IMG/VR virus record: IMGVR_UViG_3300045283_000290
Coordinates: 1 to 60,441 of that record
Source: a virus
Taxonomy: Duplodnaviria; Caudoviricetes
Direction: 5' to 3' (one strand)
Length of the DNA stretch: 60,441 bases
A program made the translations under genes and the position numbers. Shown here in pieces: positions 9,415 through 18,790 of this stretch (position 1 is the first letter of the stretch; the number at the start of each line of letters is the position of its first letter). A model generated the notes under the pieces. The model ran no database searches. It worked only from the letters and a program-made list of their open reading frames with translations, and was not told the origin of the DNA.

Positions 9415-10223
9415 TGGGACTCATTCTGGACGACACCGGCAAGCCGGTGAAGGGCTTCGACGTGATCTATCCGCCGGGTTCGCAGGCGTGGGAGTACGCG
9501 CCGCTCGCGACGAACCCCTACAAGGGCTGCGGGCACGGCTGCGCCTACTGCTACGTGCCGCTCGCCACTCACCAGAAGCGCGCGGAGTTCGACGCCGGCG
9601 CCGTGCCGAGGCCAGGCTATTGGGGGCGCCTCGCCGACGACTGCCGCCGATATGAAGCCGCAGGCGTGCGCGAGCAGGTGCTCCTCTGCTTCAGCACCGA
9701 TCCTTATCACCCCGGCGACACATCGCTGACGCGAGGAACGCTGCTGACTCTAAGTCAGTTTGGCCTCGCCTTCTGCACGCTGACGAAGGGCGGAGAGAGA
9801 TCGATCCGCGACTGCGACCTCTTCCGGCCGGACCGCGACGCCTACGCCGCGACTCTCACGAGCCTGGACGACGCCTTCTCGCTGAAGTGGGAGCGCAACG
9901 CCGCGCTCCCGAGGGAGCGCATCGACACGCTGGCGACGTTCCGCAGCCGCGGCATCTTCACCTGGGTATCTATCGAGCCGACGCTCGACGCCGAGCACAG
10001 CCTCGCCGTCATCAGAGAGACGGCGTCCTTCGTCGACCTCTTCAAGATCGGCAAGGCGAACTATCTCGGCGAGTTCGGCAAGCGCATCGACTGGCGAGAC
10101 TACACGCTGCGCGTGATCGACCTCTGCCAGCGGCTCGGCGTCAAACACTACGTGAAGCGCGACCTCCAGCAATTCCTGCCGGAGGGATACCACAACCCGC
10201 TGCGCATCCCGCAGCATCACTGA
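9414..10223 (+). CDS. Radical SAM protein (SplB-like)
   Basis: NPYKGCGHGCAYCY (CxxxCxxC), STDPY, LTK and WVSIEP motifs. Confidence 0.85.
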   Translation: MGLILDDTGKPVKGFDVIYPPGSQAWEYAPLATNPYKGCGHGCAYCYVPLATHQKRAEFDAGAVPRPGYWGRLADDCRRYEAAGVREQVLLCFSTDPYHPGDTSLTRGTLLTLSQFGLAFCTLTKGGERSIRDCDLFRPDRDAYAATLTSLDDAFSLKWERNAALPRERIDTLATFRSRGIFTWVSIEPTLDAEHSLAVIRETASFVDLFKIGKANYLGEFGKRIDWRDYTLRVIDLCQRLGVKHYVKRDLQQFLPEGYHNPLRIPQHH

Positions 10224-10238
10224 AGGAGCAAAACCAAA

Positions 10239-10958
10239 ATGAGCATGCAAGGAAACGGGACTGACCCGCGCGGCGCCAGGATAGCGGCCGCGGTCGAGGA
10301 TGAACTCAAGATTCCCGGGTTCCTGGAGGGCAACGGCAAGGGCACGCAGCGTCCGGCCATGGTCGTGCGCGCCTCCTCGCTTCCGGCGCGCAGCAGCACG
10401 GCCGCCGATTTCGCCCCGCCGAGCCAGCGGCCGCCGGTGCCGCCCGAGGTCGAGTCGCACGACAAGCACCTGCGCGCCGCCGCCGAGATCGAGCACGACG
10501 CGGAGGTCCTGCGCGAGCACAGCGTCTCCCTCGACAAGTATCTGAACGACGGCCTGGCGTCCGTCGAGCAGGCGATGGTCGCCGCGCTCAAGAAGGCCGA
10601 GGCGCGGTGCGCCGAGACGCGCGTGCAGCTCGTCGCCGCCAACGACGCCCACAAGGCGGCGGTGGCCGAGTATCTGACCCTATGCGGCAGGCGCGCCGAT
10701 GACTTCCGCAACGTCGGCGTCGAGATTCTCGGCTACATCAAGAAGGCCGACGACCGCCTCGCGGCGAAGCGGGACGCGATCCTGCGGGCTGGCGAGGATG
10801 CCGAGCCGGCCGCGGCGGCAACTCACGAGTCAGGGAGTCAGGTGGCGAGAGGGGCGGTGGAATCAAAACCGCATGACGCGGCCAACGAGCCACGCGCCGA
10901 GCGCCCAGCCGGTCCCGGTGAAGAAGCCGACGCAGAACCAGACGCCGATCGAATATAG
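10239..10958 (+). CDS. Hypothetical coiled-coil protein
   Basis: AAGGAG RBS; last gene of the + operon. Confidence 0.6.
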   Translation: MSMQGNGTDPRGARIAAAVEDELKIPGFLEGNGKGTQRPAMVVRASSLPARSSTAADFAPPSQRPPVPPEVESHDKHLRAAAEIEHDAEVLREHSVSLDKYLNDGLASVEQAMVAALKKAEARCAETRVQLVAANDAHKAAVAEYLTLCGRRADDFRNVGVEILGYIKKADDRLAAKRDAILRAGEDAEPAAAATHESGSQVARGAVESKPHDAANEPRAERPAGPGEEADAEPDADRI

Positions 10959-10975
10959 GGTGATGGCGGTGGGCA

Positions 10976-11140
10976 TCAGAGCCTTCCCATCAGCAGCAAG
11001 ACGACGACGACGATCAGAATGACACCGATCACGCCGATGCCGCCGTTGCCGAAGCCGTAACCGGGGCCGCGAGGCGACCAGGGACCGATCCCTCCGAGCA
11101 GGAGGAGGATCAGGACCACGATGAGGATCGTCGACAGCAT
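10976..11140 (-). CDS. DUF3309-like small membrane protein (54 aa, not in the ORF track)
   Basis: MLSTILIVVLILLLLGGIGPWSPRGPGYGFGNGGIGVIGVILIVVVVLLLMGRL*. Confidence 0.75.
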   Translation of the reverse strand: MLSTILIVVLILLLLGGIGPWSPRGPGYGFGNGGIGVIGVILIVVVVLLLMGRL

Positions 11141-11160
11141 TTGGGGCCTCGCGGTCTACA

Positions 11161-11370
11161 TCAACGCGGCTCTGGCGGCGTTGTTCCGGGGATTGCCCGC
11201 GTGATGTCCACGATCCACTCGCTGTCCGGCCGGAAGTTGTCGCCGCCGAGAGCAGCGCGCGGGGCGTTGATGAACACCTCGGCCGGCTGCTCGCCGCCGT
11301 TCGACGTGAGATGAATCTGCACGACCCCGTTGTTGTTGCGCATCGAGCGGCACTGGCATTTCAGGCGCAT
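11161..11370 (-). CDS. Hypothetical protein
   Basis: ORF fits the operon spacing. Confidence 0.5.
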   Translation of the reverse strand: MRLKCQCRSMRNNNGVVQIHLTSNGGEQPAEVFINAPRAALGGDNFRPDSEWIVDITRAIPGTTPPEPR

Positions 11371-11373
11371 GGA

Positions 11374-12126
11374 CTATCCAGTCGTGGACGGTCGCGGGCG
11401 CCGTAAGGCGACGATGACGGCGGTGCCCACTCCAATCATCAAGGACAACAGAGTCAGCCCGCCGAGCACGTAGGCGATCGTGGCTGCGCTCCCGGCGCCG
11501 GCGCCGGCGGCACCGGAACTGCCGGTCTCCAGCGCGGCGATGCGCGTAGACAGAGCCGTGAACTGCTGCTGAACGTTTTTATTTGTTTCAGCAGCGGTAG
11601 AGGCCACCAGTGCACTCAATGTTGCCGCGCTGTCGGTCACTGTTTTTGCCAGGGCATTCGCGGTGGCGTTCGCGCGGTCATTGGCGAGCGCGATCGCGCC
11701 GGTATCTACACCCCTAATCGCATTGAGGCGTTCCGTTTCCTTGGCCTGAAGGATGGAAGCAAACTCGGCACGGAGCTTGGCCTCGCTGTCGAGGCGATCG
11801 CGCGCGACGACGAGCATCTCTCTGTCATGCGCGGAGCGCAGCTCGCCCAGTTCGTTGACGTTCTTCAGCCGGGCCTCGAATAGCTCCTTCGTCGCAATGC
11901 GCAGGTCGTCCTGGCGCAGCCGGTCCGCCGCCATCAGATCGTTGAGTCGCGTGACCGCCGCCAACACGAGGTCGAGGACGTTCTTGGTCGGGTCGATGAC
12001 CGGCTGGCCGCCGGCATCGACGGCGATTCCCGGGCGGTGCTCCTTGCCGGAGTCGACCTGCGCCCACGCAGGCAGCGCGACGGCGATCTGCACGGCCAGG
12101 GCGACCCCGAACGATAGGCGGCGCAT
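11374..12126 (-). CDS. Exported coiled-coil protein with C-terminal TM anchor (lysis region)
   Basis: Signal-like MRRLSFGVALAVQIAVALPAWA, hydrophobic C-terminus, AAAGGAG RBS. Confidence 0.65.
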   Translation of the reverse strand: MRRLSFGVALAVQIAVALPAWAQVDSGKEHRPGIAVDAGGQPVIDPTKNVLDLVLAAVTRLNDLMAADRLRQDDLRIATKELFEARLKNVNELGELRSAHDREMLVVARDRLDSEAKLRAEFASILQAKETERLNAIRGVDTGAIALANDRANATANALAKTVTDSAATLSALVASTAAETNKNVQQQFTALSTRIAALETGSSGAAGAGAGSAATIAYVLGGLTLLSLMIGVGTAVIVALRRPRPSTTG

Positions 12127-12155
12127 CTCGGCTTCTCCTTTCCACGCCGTAAATA

Positions 12156-12590
12156 TCAGGTAAGGGCGGAGGCGAGAAGCAGGGCAACCGTCACGCAGAT
12201 GATCCAGGCGCGGGGGCCCCAGGGGCGGTCGCCGAAGACGCGCAGCAGACAGAGCAGCGCCCACACCGAGAGCGCCAGGCCGATCGGAACGACCACGGCG
12301 CTCGCGGCCGGCGAGATGAACCCGTAGCTCGCCAGCCATAGCGCCGCGCGCACCCACGCCATCCCCGAGAAGTAGCACATCAACGCGACCGCGCTGTCGG
12401 ATGCCGGCGACCGCCAGAGCAGCGCGTTCCGCCAGCCGACCTCGCGACGGCGGACCTTCATGCGGTGCCAGGCGTAGAGGCCGAACAGCACGACGACGAA
12501 GACGTCGAGGAAGAACAGGAAGGCGTTCTGCCACGCGGCGAGCCACAGCCAGTCCGTCGGCGCGCTGACGGGTGTCGTTCCTCCGAGCAC
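12156..12590 (-). CDS. Multi-pass membrane protein (start uncertain)
   Basis: Four hydrophobic segments in the C-terminal part of ORF 12156..12842. Confidence 0.55.
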   Translation of the reverse strand: MLGGTTPVSAPTDWLWLAAWQNAFLFFLDVFVVVLFGLYAWHRMKVRRREVGWRNALLWRSPASDSAVALMCYFSGMAWVRAALWLASYGFISPAASAVVVPIGLALSVWALLCLLRVFGDRPWGPRAWIICVTVALLLASALT

Positions 12591-12607
12591 CTCGTGGAGG
12601 AGGTGGA

Positions 12608-12814
12608 TCAAGACCGCCTCGGGAAGGTCCGCAGCAGCTCGCTCATCGGGTCGCGCTTCATGTTGTAGGCCGCGTCGGCAACCTCCGCCCCGACGCGCTC
12701 GCCGATCTCGCGCGTCTCGGCCGACACGTGCTCCGCGCGCTCCGATACCGTCCCGCGCTCGTCGTTGAAGATGAGGAGGCGGAGCATGGCGCCCACGCGG
12801 TCGACCACTTTCAC
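12608..12814 (-). CDS. Small hypothetical protein
   Basis: ORF within the operon. Confidence 0.45.
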   Translation of the reverse strand: MKVVDRVGAMLRLLIFNDERGTVSERAEHVSAETREIGERVGAEVADAAYNMKRDPMSELLRTFPRRS

Positions 12815-12838
12815 CGATGTCCCCGCTGGTGCATGTTG

Positions 12839-13072
12839 TCACGGAGGGGCGGCCCTCAGAAGCTCAAGCAGCTCGAGCCGCTCGTTCTTGACGCCGGCGA
12901 CGATCTCAAGCGCCGCGGACAGCTTCTCGCCGTAGGTGGTCGCGTCGTCGATTCGCGCCTGCTGCGCATCCTCCAGCCGCACGAACAGTTTGTAAATGGC
13001 GAGGATGGCGAGGACGAGCAGCGCGGCGACGATGCCATGCTCGGCGACCTTCCCGAGGAGCGCTTCCCACAT
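12839..13072 (-). CDS. Small single-TM coiled-coil protein (holin-like)
   Basis: MWEALLGKVAEHGIVAALLVLAILAIYKLF... Confidence 0.55.
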   Translation of the reverse strand: MWEALLGKVAEHGIVAALLVLAILAIYKLFVRLEDAQQARIDDATTYGEKLSAALEIVAGVKNERLELLELLRAAPP

Positions 13073-13146
13073 TTTCCGAATCCCCGCGACGTTCATGTGA
13101 AATTTGCACGTCGTCGCCGGGCGCACAACCTCACGCGGGCACCAGT

Positions 13147-13182
13147 GAAACAAACGGGCCGCCTCCGGTTGAAGGCGACCCG
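13147..13182 (-). terminator. Putative rho-independent terminator
   Basis: Stem CGGGTCGCCTTC / GGAGGCGGCCCG followed by TTTGTTTC on the - strand, downstream of the OMP gene. Confidence 0.55.
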
Positions 13183-13227
13183 CTGTTGGCGGCCAGGGTG
13201 AAGGGGGCAGATTGCCGCCGCAGGTGA

Positions 13228-14025
13228 TCACAACACCGGCAGGTCGAAACGGAACCCGACGGTGTACTGAGTTCCGAGGTGCGCGCCGCCACTGAACACG
13301 GGCGCGCCGGGGCCGGCGATGCCAGCCACGGTGAACCCGCGCTGCGGGAAGGTGACGTTGAGGTAGGCGTCGATCAGGCCGCCGTTCGCCTTGCCGGTGG
13401 CATCCGCCGTCTGCCAAATCCAGCCGGTGCCGAAGCCCGGCGCCCAGTCCCACGTCGAGCCGGCGGCACCGAAGAACTGCCCGCTCAGCTGGCTCTCCTT
13501 GGCGAGCACGCCGACGTACTGCTTCGGCGCCCCGGACACGACTGCCACGTTCGACGGGAGGCCAGGCTGCGGGAACGCCGTTATGTTGATGAGGTTCGGC
13601 AGCAGGGCCGTAATCTGCGCCAGCCACTCGTAGCCGACGTCGCATTCCTGCGTGGCGCTCCAGCGGCTATCCAGGCTGCCGATCGCGCCGTTGGCCCCGG
13701 CGATGTTCTGGTACGCCACCGTGGCCTGGCAGCGGAACCACCGCTGCCTGTTGTTGAGGAAGCCGACGGCGCCCGTGACGGCTCCGCCGCTGGCCTGGAG
13801 GCTCCCGCCCTGGTTTATCAGACTCGTGGCGAAGAGGTTGGTGCCCTTGACGTCGGCCTGCTCGGTGCTGCCCTCGGCGCCGAGGCCGACGTACCAGATG
13901 AGGGTCGGATTGACCGCCGCCACCATGGGCGGCGCCTTGATCGGAAGGTCCGCGGCTCGCGCCGGGATACTGAGTGCGAGCGGGAGCGCACCGAGCGCCG
14001 CGGCCGCGAGCATGATCTTGCGCAT
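13228..14025 (-). CDS. Outer-membrane beta-barrel-like protein
   Basis: Signal peptide followed by ADLPIKAP, then WYVGLG...YTVGFRFD, typical of rhizobial OMP families. Confidence 0.7.
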   Translation of the reverse strand: MRKIMLAAAALGALPLALSIPARAADLPIKAPPMVAAVNPTLIWYVGLGAEGSTEQADVKGTNLFATSLINQGGSLQASGGAVTGAVGFLNNRQRWFRCQATVAYQNIAGANGAIGSLDSRWSATQECDVGYEWLAQITALLPNLINITAFPQPGLPSNVAVVSGAPKQYVGVLAKESQLSGQFFGAAGSTWDWAPGFGTGWIWQTADATGKANGGLIDAYLNVTFPQRGFTVAGIAGPGAPVFSGGAHLGTQYTVGFRFDLPVL

Positions 14026-14246
14026 CAAATTGTCCCCTTTGTTTGCTGCGAGCGCTGCCCGGCGCCCGCAGGATGAGCGGACACCCGCGCGTGCGCGAGC
14101 ACAAGGGGGAAACGAGACGGCCGGGACGATTCCCTCGCGGGTGTGTCCCGGCCGCCACATACGGCCCCGGCTTGGCGGGTCAGGCGACGAACTGCGTGCT
14201 GGTTCGGGGAACCAAGCCCCCGGCACCCGTCGCCGGCCGTAATCCT

Positions 14247-14456
14247 TTAGTCGGTGACCTTCTCGGCCGCATCGAGCCCGGTGACGAGGATCGCCCGCAC
14301 GCCCGCGTCGATCTGCGCGCGGTGCTCGTGAACCGCCTGGTCGGCCTGGCGCCTCATGAGCGGACTCGCGATGCCGGCCTCGGCGTCGGCGATCATCTTG
14401 TCGACGAGGGGGGTGGCGGCCTCGAACGCGGCGTCTAGCTTGGCCTTGGTAGTCAT
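14247..14456 (-). CDS. Small hypothetical protein
   Basis: GAAGGAGG RBS before MTTKAKLD. Confidence 0.6.
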   Translation of the reverse strand: MTTKAKLDAAFEAATPLVDKMIADAEAGIASPLMRRQADQAVHEHRAQIDAGVRAILVTGLDAAEKVTD

Positions 14457-14536
14457 GCTTCCTCCTTCGGGGTTAGGGGGCAGCGCGACCGGCCGGAAAC
14501 GGGGGGCACGGCGCGCTGTCGAGACGGGGGTGGCTA

Positions 14537-15322
14537 CTACCCCCGCGGGGCGTCCGCCGGACCGGCCTGTGTGGCTGCGGCTGGCGCGGCGGGGGCCTTT
14601 GCGTCGAGGACCGCAGGCGTCGGGACGGCCGGGTCGGCGATCAGCCGCTCGGCGCGAGCCCGGAGGGCCGCGACCGTCGCCGGGTCGTTCGGGTCTACCC
14701 CGAGCACCTTGAGGGTGTCGGCGCCGTGCGCCTGGGCGTAGGTGACCATGCTCGCCAGCGTGTCGTTCTTGACCTCGACCTGCCCCTTGCCGCGGAGGTC
14801 CCTCTGCGCCTCGTTCGCGCCGGCGTGGAGCCCGTTGAGGACGATCTGGTCGAGCCGGTCGCTGGCCTGCTGGCTCAGCTGGACCCCGGCCTTCGCGGCC
14901 AGCCGCTTGACCAGGAGCACCACGTAGCCGGCGATCACCGTCCCGAAGGTGGCGATCACCCACTGGATGATCTCGCCGGCGATGCCGCCGGTGTCGATGA
15001 CCGCCTTGGGAGGCGCGGGCGCCTGGTGCACGATGATGTTCGGCGTCCCGATCCTGCCCTGGTCCGGGTCGCCGATCGCGCCGAGGGGCGGAATATGGAT
15101 GCCGCCCTCGGGGAGCCGCTGCTCGACCTGCTTCTTGATCGCCTCGTCGATCGCCTTCTGGACGTGCTCCGGCGGCTGGAACTGCGCAAGCTGCCAGCAC
15201 GGAGGCAGGGCGGTGGCCTGCTCTACCGTCGCGCACTTGAGATTCCCAACAACCCGTATTTCGGCGAGCGCCGGCGAGCACATCGCTGCCGCGAGGCCGA
15301 GCGCGATCAGAAATTTCCTCAT
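14537..15322 (-). CDS. Holin-like protein (LL-H type) with N-terminal signal-peptide extension
   Basis: TM segment IIQWVIATFGTVIAGYVVLLV, then RLDQIVLNGL. Adjacent to the endolysin. Confidence 0.6.
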   Translation of the reverse strand: MRKFLIALGLAAAMCSPALAEIRVVGNLKCATVEQATALPPCWQLAQFQPPEHVQKAIDEAIKKQVEQRLPEGGIHIPPLGAIGDPDQGRIGTPNIIVHQAPAPPKAVIDTGGIAGEIIQWVIATFGTVIAGYVVLLVKRLAAKAGVQLSQQASDRLDQIVLNGLHAGANEAQRDLRGKGQVEVKNDTLASMVTYAQAHGADTLKVLGVDPNDPATVAALRARAERLIADPAVPTPAVLDAKAPAAPAAATQAGPADAPRG

Positions 15323-15359
15323 TTTCCCCTCCGGTTGAGTGTTGCGTCGTTGGCGTAGC

Positions 15360-15581
15360 TCAGGAGCCTCTGACCAACAGATGCACGCTACCCACGTGCG
15401 CCACGCTGCTGCGACCCTCGACCCACGTGGCCTCGATCATCTTCTCGTCGGTGTCGAGACGGGCGACCCGCGGAGAGGCCTCGCGCGCCCCGCAGAAGAC
15501 AACCTTCACCACCACTGCGGCCGTGGCCACCGTCAGCGGCCCGGCCAGACAGACCAATATCAGAAGCTCGCCCTCAGTCAT
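15360..15581 (-). CDS. Small TM protein
   Basis: Hydrophobic N-terminus; coupled to the endolysin stop. Confidence 0.4.
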   Translation of the reverse strand: MTEGELLILVCLAGPLTVATAAVVVKVVFCGAREASPRVARLDTDEKMIEATWVEGRSSVAHVGSVHLLVRGS

Positions 15582-16492
15582 ATCGCCCTCCCGGCCGCGA
15601 TCGTCGCATCGAGCGCGGTCTCGGTCTCCTCGCCGACGACGCCGTCGGGGTCGAGGTGCTTGGCCGCCTGGAAGAGGCGGACCGCCTTGCGCGTCATACG
15701 CCCGAAGTTGCCGTCGACGTCGAGCGGCTTCTCGAGCTGGAAGACGCCGGCCTCGCCGATCTTGTTGAGGGCATCCTGCAGATGCTCGACGCCCGCGATG
15801 GTGTTGCCGAAGCCGGACGGAACCTTTGGCTCCGGCGGGTGGGCGGTGGTGTCGCGCAGCACCGGAGTCGGTGCGAAGGCGAGGTCCGGGAAGGCGCGCG
15901 CCAGCTCCAGCATGATCGGAATGATGCCGGGCTGCGGGTCCAGATAGTCAGGATCCCAACCGCCACCATCGACCTTGTACTTCCCCCGGCCAGGCGGCAC
16001 CGGCGGGTCGTCGTAGACGTTGGTGCCCGACATGCAGTAGCCCGGAATGTGCCCGTGCATGTTCGGCCCGAAGCCGTTCCAGGCGTTCCCTTTGTAGTAG
16101 CCGAAGGCCCACGACCACGTCGGCGGAACAAGGCCGTTCGTCGAGTCCATGTGGTCGTAGCGGACATAGAAAATATCCGCCTGAAGCTTGCTGGAGAAAG
16201 GCCCCTTGTCGCGAGGCACGTGGGTCGATCGATGGTCCCACCGATCCCCCTGGCCGATGCCGGTGCGCGGATCGCAGCCGCTCTCCCGATAATCGAGCGC
16301 GGCGAGGAAGATCGCCGGCACCGGCCGCACGGCGTCGGCGAGCTCGCGGTAGTAGTCGAGCCCGACCTTGTCGCCGATGCGCACCGTCACGATGCGGTGG
16401 ACTCCTTCGTCAATGATCCGGGGCCGGGTGACCCGGGAGATGGAGAGGAGATGCTCGATCTCTGGTCGCTGCTGCGCGAATGGATGATCCAT
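15578..16492 (-). CDS. Endolysin: lysozyme-family domain plus C-terminal peptidoglycan-binding domain
   Basis: YRESG...GQGD...VPRDKGPF...WNGFG...GKYKVDG, then LQDALN...VDGNFGRMTRKAVRLFQ...DGVVGEET. Confidence 0.88.
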   Translation of the reverse strand: MDHPFAQQRPEIEHLLSISRVTRPRIIDEGVHRIVTVRIGDKVGLDYYRELADAVRPVPAIFLAALDYRESGCDPRTGIGQGDRWDHRSTHVPRDKGPFSSKLQADIFYVRYDHMDSTNGLVPPTWSWAFGYYKGNAWNGFGPNMHGHIPGYCMSGTNVYDDPPVPPGRGKYKVDGGGWDPDYLDPQPGIIPIMLELARAFPDLAFAPTPVLRDTTAHPPEPKVPSGFGNTIAGVEHLQDALNKIGEAGVFQLEKPLDVDGNFGRMTRKAVRLFQAAKHLDPDGVVGEETETALDATIAAGRAI

Positions 16493-16545
16493 GGGGGCCT
16501 CCTAAAGGAGAGGGACAATGCTCCCTCGCGGCACACCGCGTCAAG

Positions 16546-17013
16546 TTATTGGTCGATGATCGGCCAGAGCCCGGAGAGAATCGACGGCGCGAGGTTGAGG
16601 GGCTCGAGGTCGCCCCGCTTCAGGTGGGGCAGCCCCTCCTCGCCGGGGAAGGCGGTCTTCGCCAGCAGCTCGGTCTGGTACGCCTGGAACTTGACCATTC
16701 CCTCCGGCGTGAGGTCGCTGCCGTCGGCCTTGCGCGGCAGCGTCGCGAGGTGCGCGGTCACAATGCGCTGATACTCCTGGACCACGTTCGTTGCGCGGCG
16801 AAGTATCAGCGCGATCTGCCAGGCGAGGCCGACCTTCAGCGGCGCGCATTCCTTCACGCCGGCCTTGGTCGGAGTCGACTCGCACTTGATCTCGGTGAGC
16901 GAGTTCGTGATCTCGATGACCTGCTGGATGGTGAGCGGCTCGGGGCGCGGCTCCTGCGCCGGAGCGGCGCTGACGGCGGCGAGGACGATGGCGGCGGCGG
17001 CGAGCATTCGCAT
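16546..17013 (-). CDS. Exported hypothetical protein
   Basis: MRMLAAAAIVLAAVSAAPAQ signal; Cys pair. Confidence 0.65.
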   Translation of the reverse strand: MRMLAAAAIVLAAVSAAPAQEPRPEPLTIQQVIEITNSLTEIKCESTPTKAGVKECAPLKVGLAWQIALILRRATNVVQEYQRIVTAHLATLPRKADGSDLTPEGMVKFQAYQTELLAKTAFPGEEGLPHLKRGDLEPLNLAPSILSGLWPIIDQ

Positions 17014-17088
17014 GGCGGGGAACCTTCTCTTTGGTGGGGGACGATAATCCCGTCTCCCTTACTACTGTTTTTGCTGGAGCGCCACCCT

Positions 17089-17305
17089 TCAGGCGTCGCC
17101 GAAGTAGAGGACGTTGAGGACGGCGCCGGCGCCCTGCGCGACGAAGCGGAGCAGCGAGAGGTCGCCCCGCAGGTGGAGCAGCGAGCCCGGCGCGAGCGGC
17201 ATGCCCACCGACGGCGTCGGGTCGGTGCCGTCGAAGCGGAAGCGCACCGTCATTCCCTCGGCGGCGATGATGACGGCGTTGGCGCCGGCCGGCGGCTCAA
17301 GAGCG
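17089..17305 (-). pseudogene. Start-less, frameshifted paralog fragment of 35171-35548
   Basis: LEPPAGANAVIIAAEGMTVRFRFDGTDPTPSVGMPLAPGSLL...AGAVLNV aligns to IPAGATMAYVQPEAQAVRWRDDGTAPSATVGMPLAVGSALL...AGAKLNV. Confidence 0.7.
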
Positions 17306-17315
17306 CCGCCCCCGA

Positions 17316-17777
17316 CTATTTGGCGGCCTCGGCGCCCGCGTCGGGATCGATGAGTCGTACGATGGTGCCGGAGAGCACCGCGCTCGGGTAGACCAGCGGC
17401 GCACGGTCGCGCAGCAGGACGATTTCCTTCGCCGTCAATGCGACCGGCACGTGGTCAACTTCGGACCGCGCGATTTTCCGGGCGAGGTCGTCGCGCTCCC
17501 ACTTCGAGCGCATGTCGCGCTCCTGCTTGTCGGCGTCGATGACCGCGCTCAAAATCGTGTAGCAGGCGAAGCCGAGCGTGAACGGGGTCCACTCCTCGCA
17601 CTTGCCCTCGGCGGGGTTCGCCTTGACGCAAACCGGCGCGCCGAGCTGCTTGCCCCGCGGGTCGACGAGCTCCTGCGAGAAAACGATCAGGCGTTTTTGC
17701 GGCGCGGCGTCATCGCCGCTCGCGGCGCACGGCGCGAACAACGCCACCATGACGAAAAAGATGTGGACTGGCTTCAT
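17316..17777 (-). CDS. Exported hypothetical protein (possible fibre chaperone)
   Basis: Signal-like MKPVHIFFVMVALFAPCAAS; Cys residues; AGGAAGG RBS. Confidence 0.65.
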   Translation of the reverse strand: MKPVHIFFVMVALFAPCAASGDDAAPQKRLIVFSQELVDPRGKQLGAPVCVKANPAEGKCEEWTPFTLGFACYTILSAVIDADKQERDMRSKWERDDLARKIARSEVDHVPVALTAKEIVLLRDRAPLVYPSAVLSGTIVRLIDPDAGAEAAK

Positions 17778-17846
17778 CGACGTATACCTTCCTTTTTTGA
17801 TGGAAGGGCACGAAAGACAGGTTAGGGGTCCCGCGTCAACCCGATC

Positions 17847-18758
17847 TCATTGCGATGAGTAGACGCCGCCGCCGGGACCGATCTTCACGTCGCCCCAGTC
17901 GATGCCGTGGACCCCTCCGGGCGGAGGCAAGTTGCCGCCGGGAAACAGGTCGAGTTTCCCGCCGGTGTTGAGCACGAGGGCGAGGTTGTCGACGATGCAC
18001 CGCCACGGTGAGGTCACGCCGAGCGTGCCGAGGTTGTTCATGTCCCAGATGATGGAGTCGGCGCCCCACAGCGTGCCGTGGACATCGGCAGTGACGGTCG
18101 CCTCGCGGAAGGTCCGACCGCCGCTGGGACCGCTCCAGAGCAGGAACCTGGGGTCGGCGTCGAGGATGCCGCCGGCCACCGAGATCGCGTAGTCGCTGTC
18201 ACCGCCGATCCATATCTCGGTGTTCTCAGGCGTGCTGATTGTCCCGACCCCCTCCCCGCAGAACAAGTGGGAACCGCCCTGGCCGGGAACGCCTGCGTTT
18301 CCCAGCGACAGGTCGTTGCCGCCGGCCCGGTTGCCCGCGAGGCTGACGGTTGCTCCGAACGTGGAGCGGACGCAGTCGCTGGTGTCGGACTGCAGGGTCC
18401 CGTGACCGCTGACGGTCACGACGGCGTCGTACCCGGCCCACAGGCCCTCGGCGCCTGCGCCGTTACCGGCTCCCGGTCCGACTGCGGTGCCGTGTAGTCT
18501 GGCATTCTGGTCGAGCGTGACCGTGCATCCCTTCATAGCCGCTCCGAGCAAGTTGCCCTCGAGGCGTATGCCGGGGCGCTCGCCCTGGATGAAGATGTCC
18601 GGAATGGCAAAGCCGCAGTCCGCGTAGCGCAGGAGCCACCTGTAGCAGCCGGTGCCGGTCGCAAACGTTCCCGGCGTCGGCGTCGCCGGCTGATCGTCGC
18701 TCCCGCCGGAAGCGACGAAGAACCTCGGCGCCTGTGTGTCCAGATAGATGCGGCCCAT
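17847..18758 (-). CDS. Tail-associated Gly-rich protein (possible beta-helix)
   Basis: FFVASGGSDD motif; located after the fibre genes. Confidence 0.55.
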   Translation of the reverse strand: MGRIYLDTQAPRFFVASGGSDDQPATPTPGTFATGTGCYRWLLRYADCGFAIPDIFIQGERPGIRLEGNLLGAAMKGCTVTLDQNARLHGTAVGPGAGNGAGAEGLWAGYDAVVTVSGHGTLQSDTSDCVRSTFGATVSLAGNRAGGNDLSLGNAGVPGQGGSHLFCGEGVGTISTPENTEIWIGGDSDYAISVAGGILDADPRFLLWSGPSGGRTFREATVTADVHGTLWGADSIIWDMNNLGTLGVTSPWRCIVDNLALVLNTGGKLDLFPGGNLPPPGGVHGIDWGDVKIGPGGGVYSSQ

Positions 18759-18790
18759 TTTTTGTTCCCTTCCTCAGCGCGCGTCCGATT

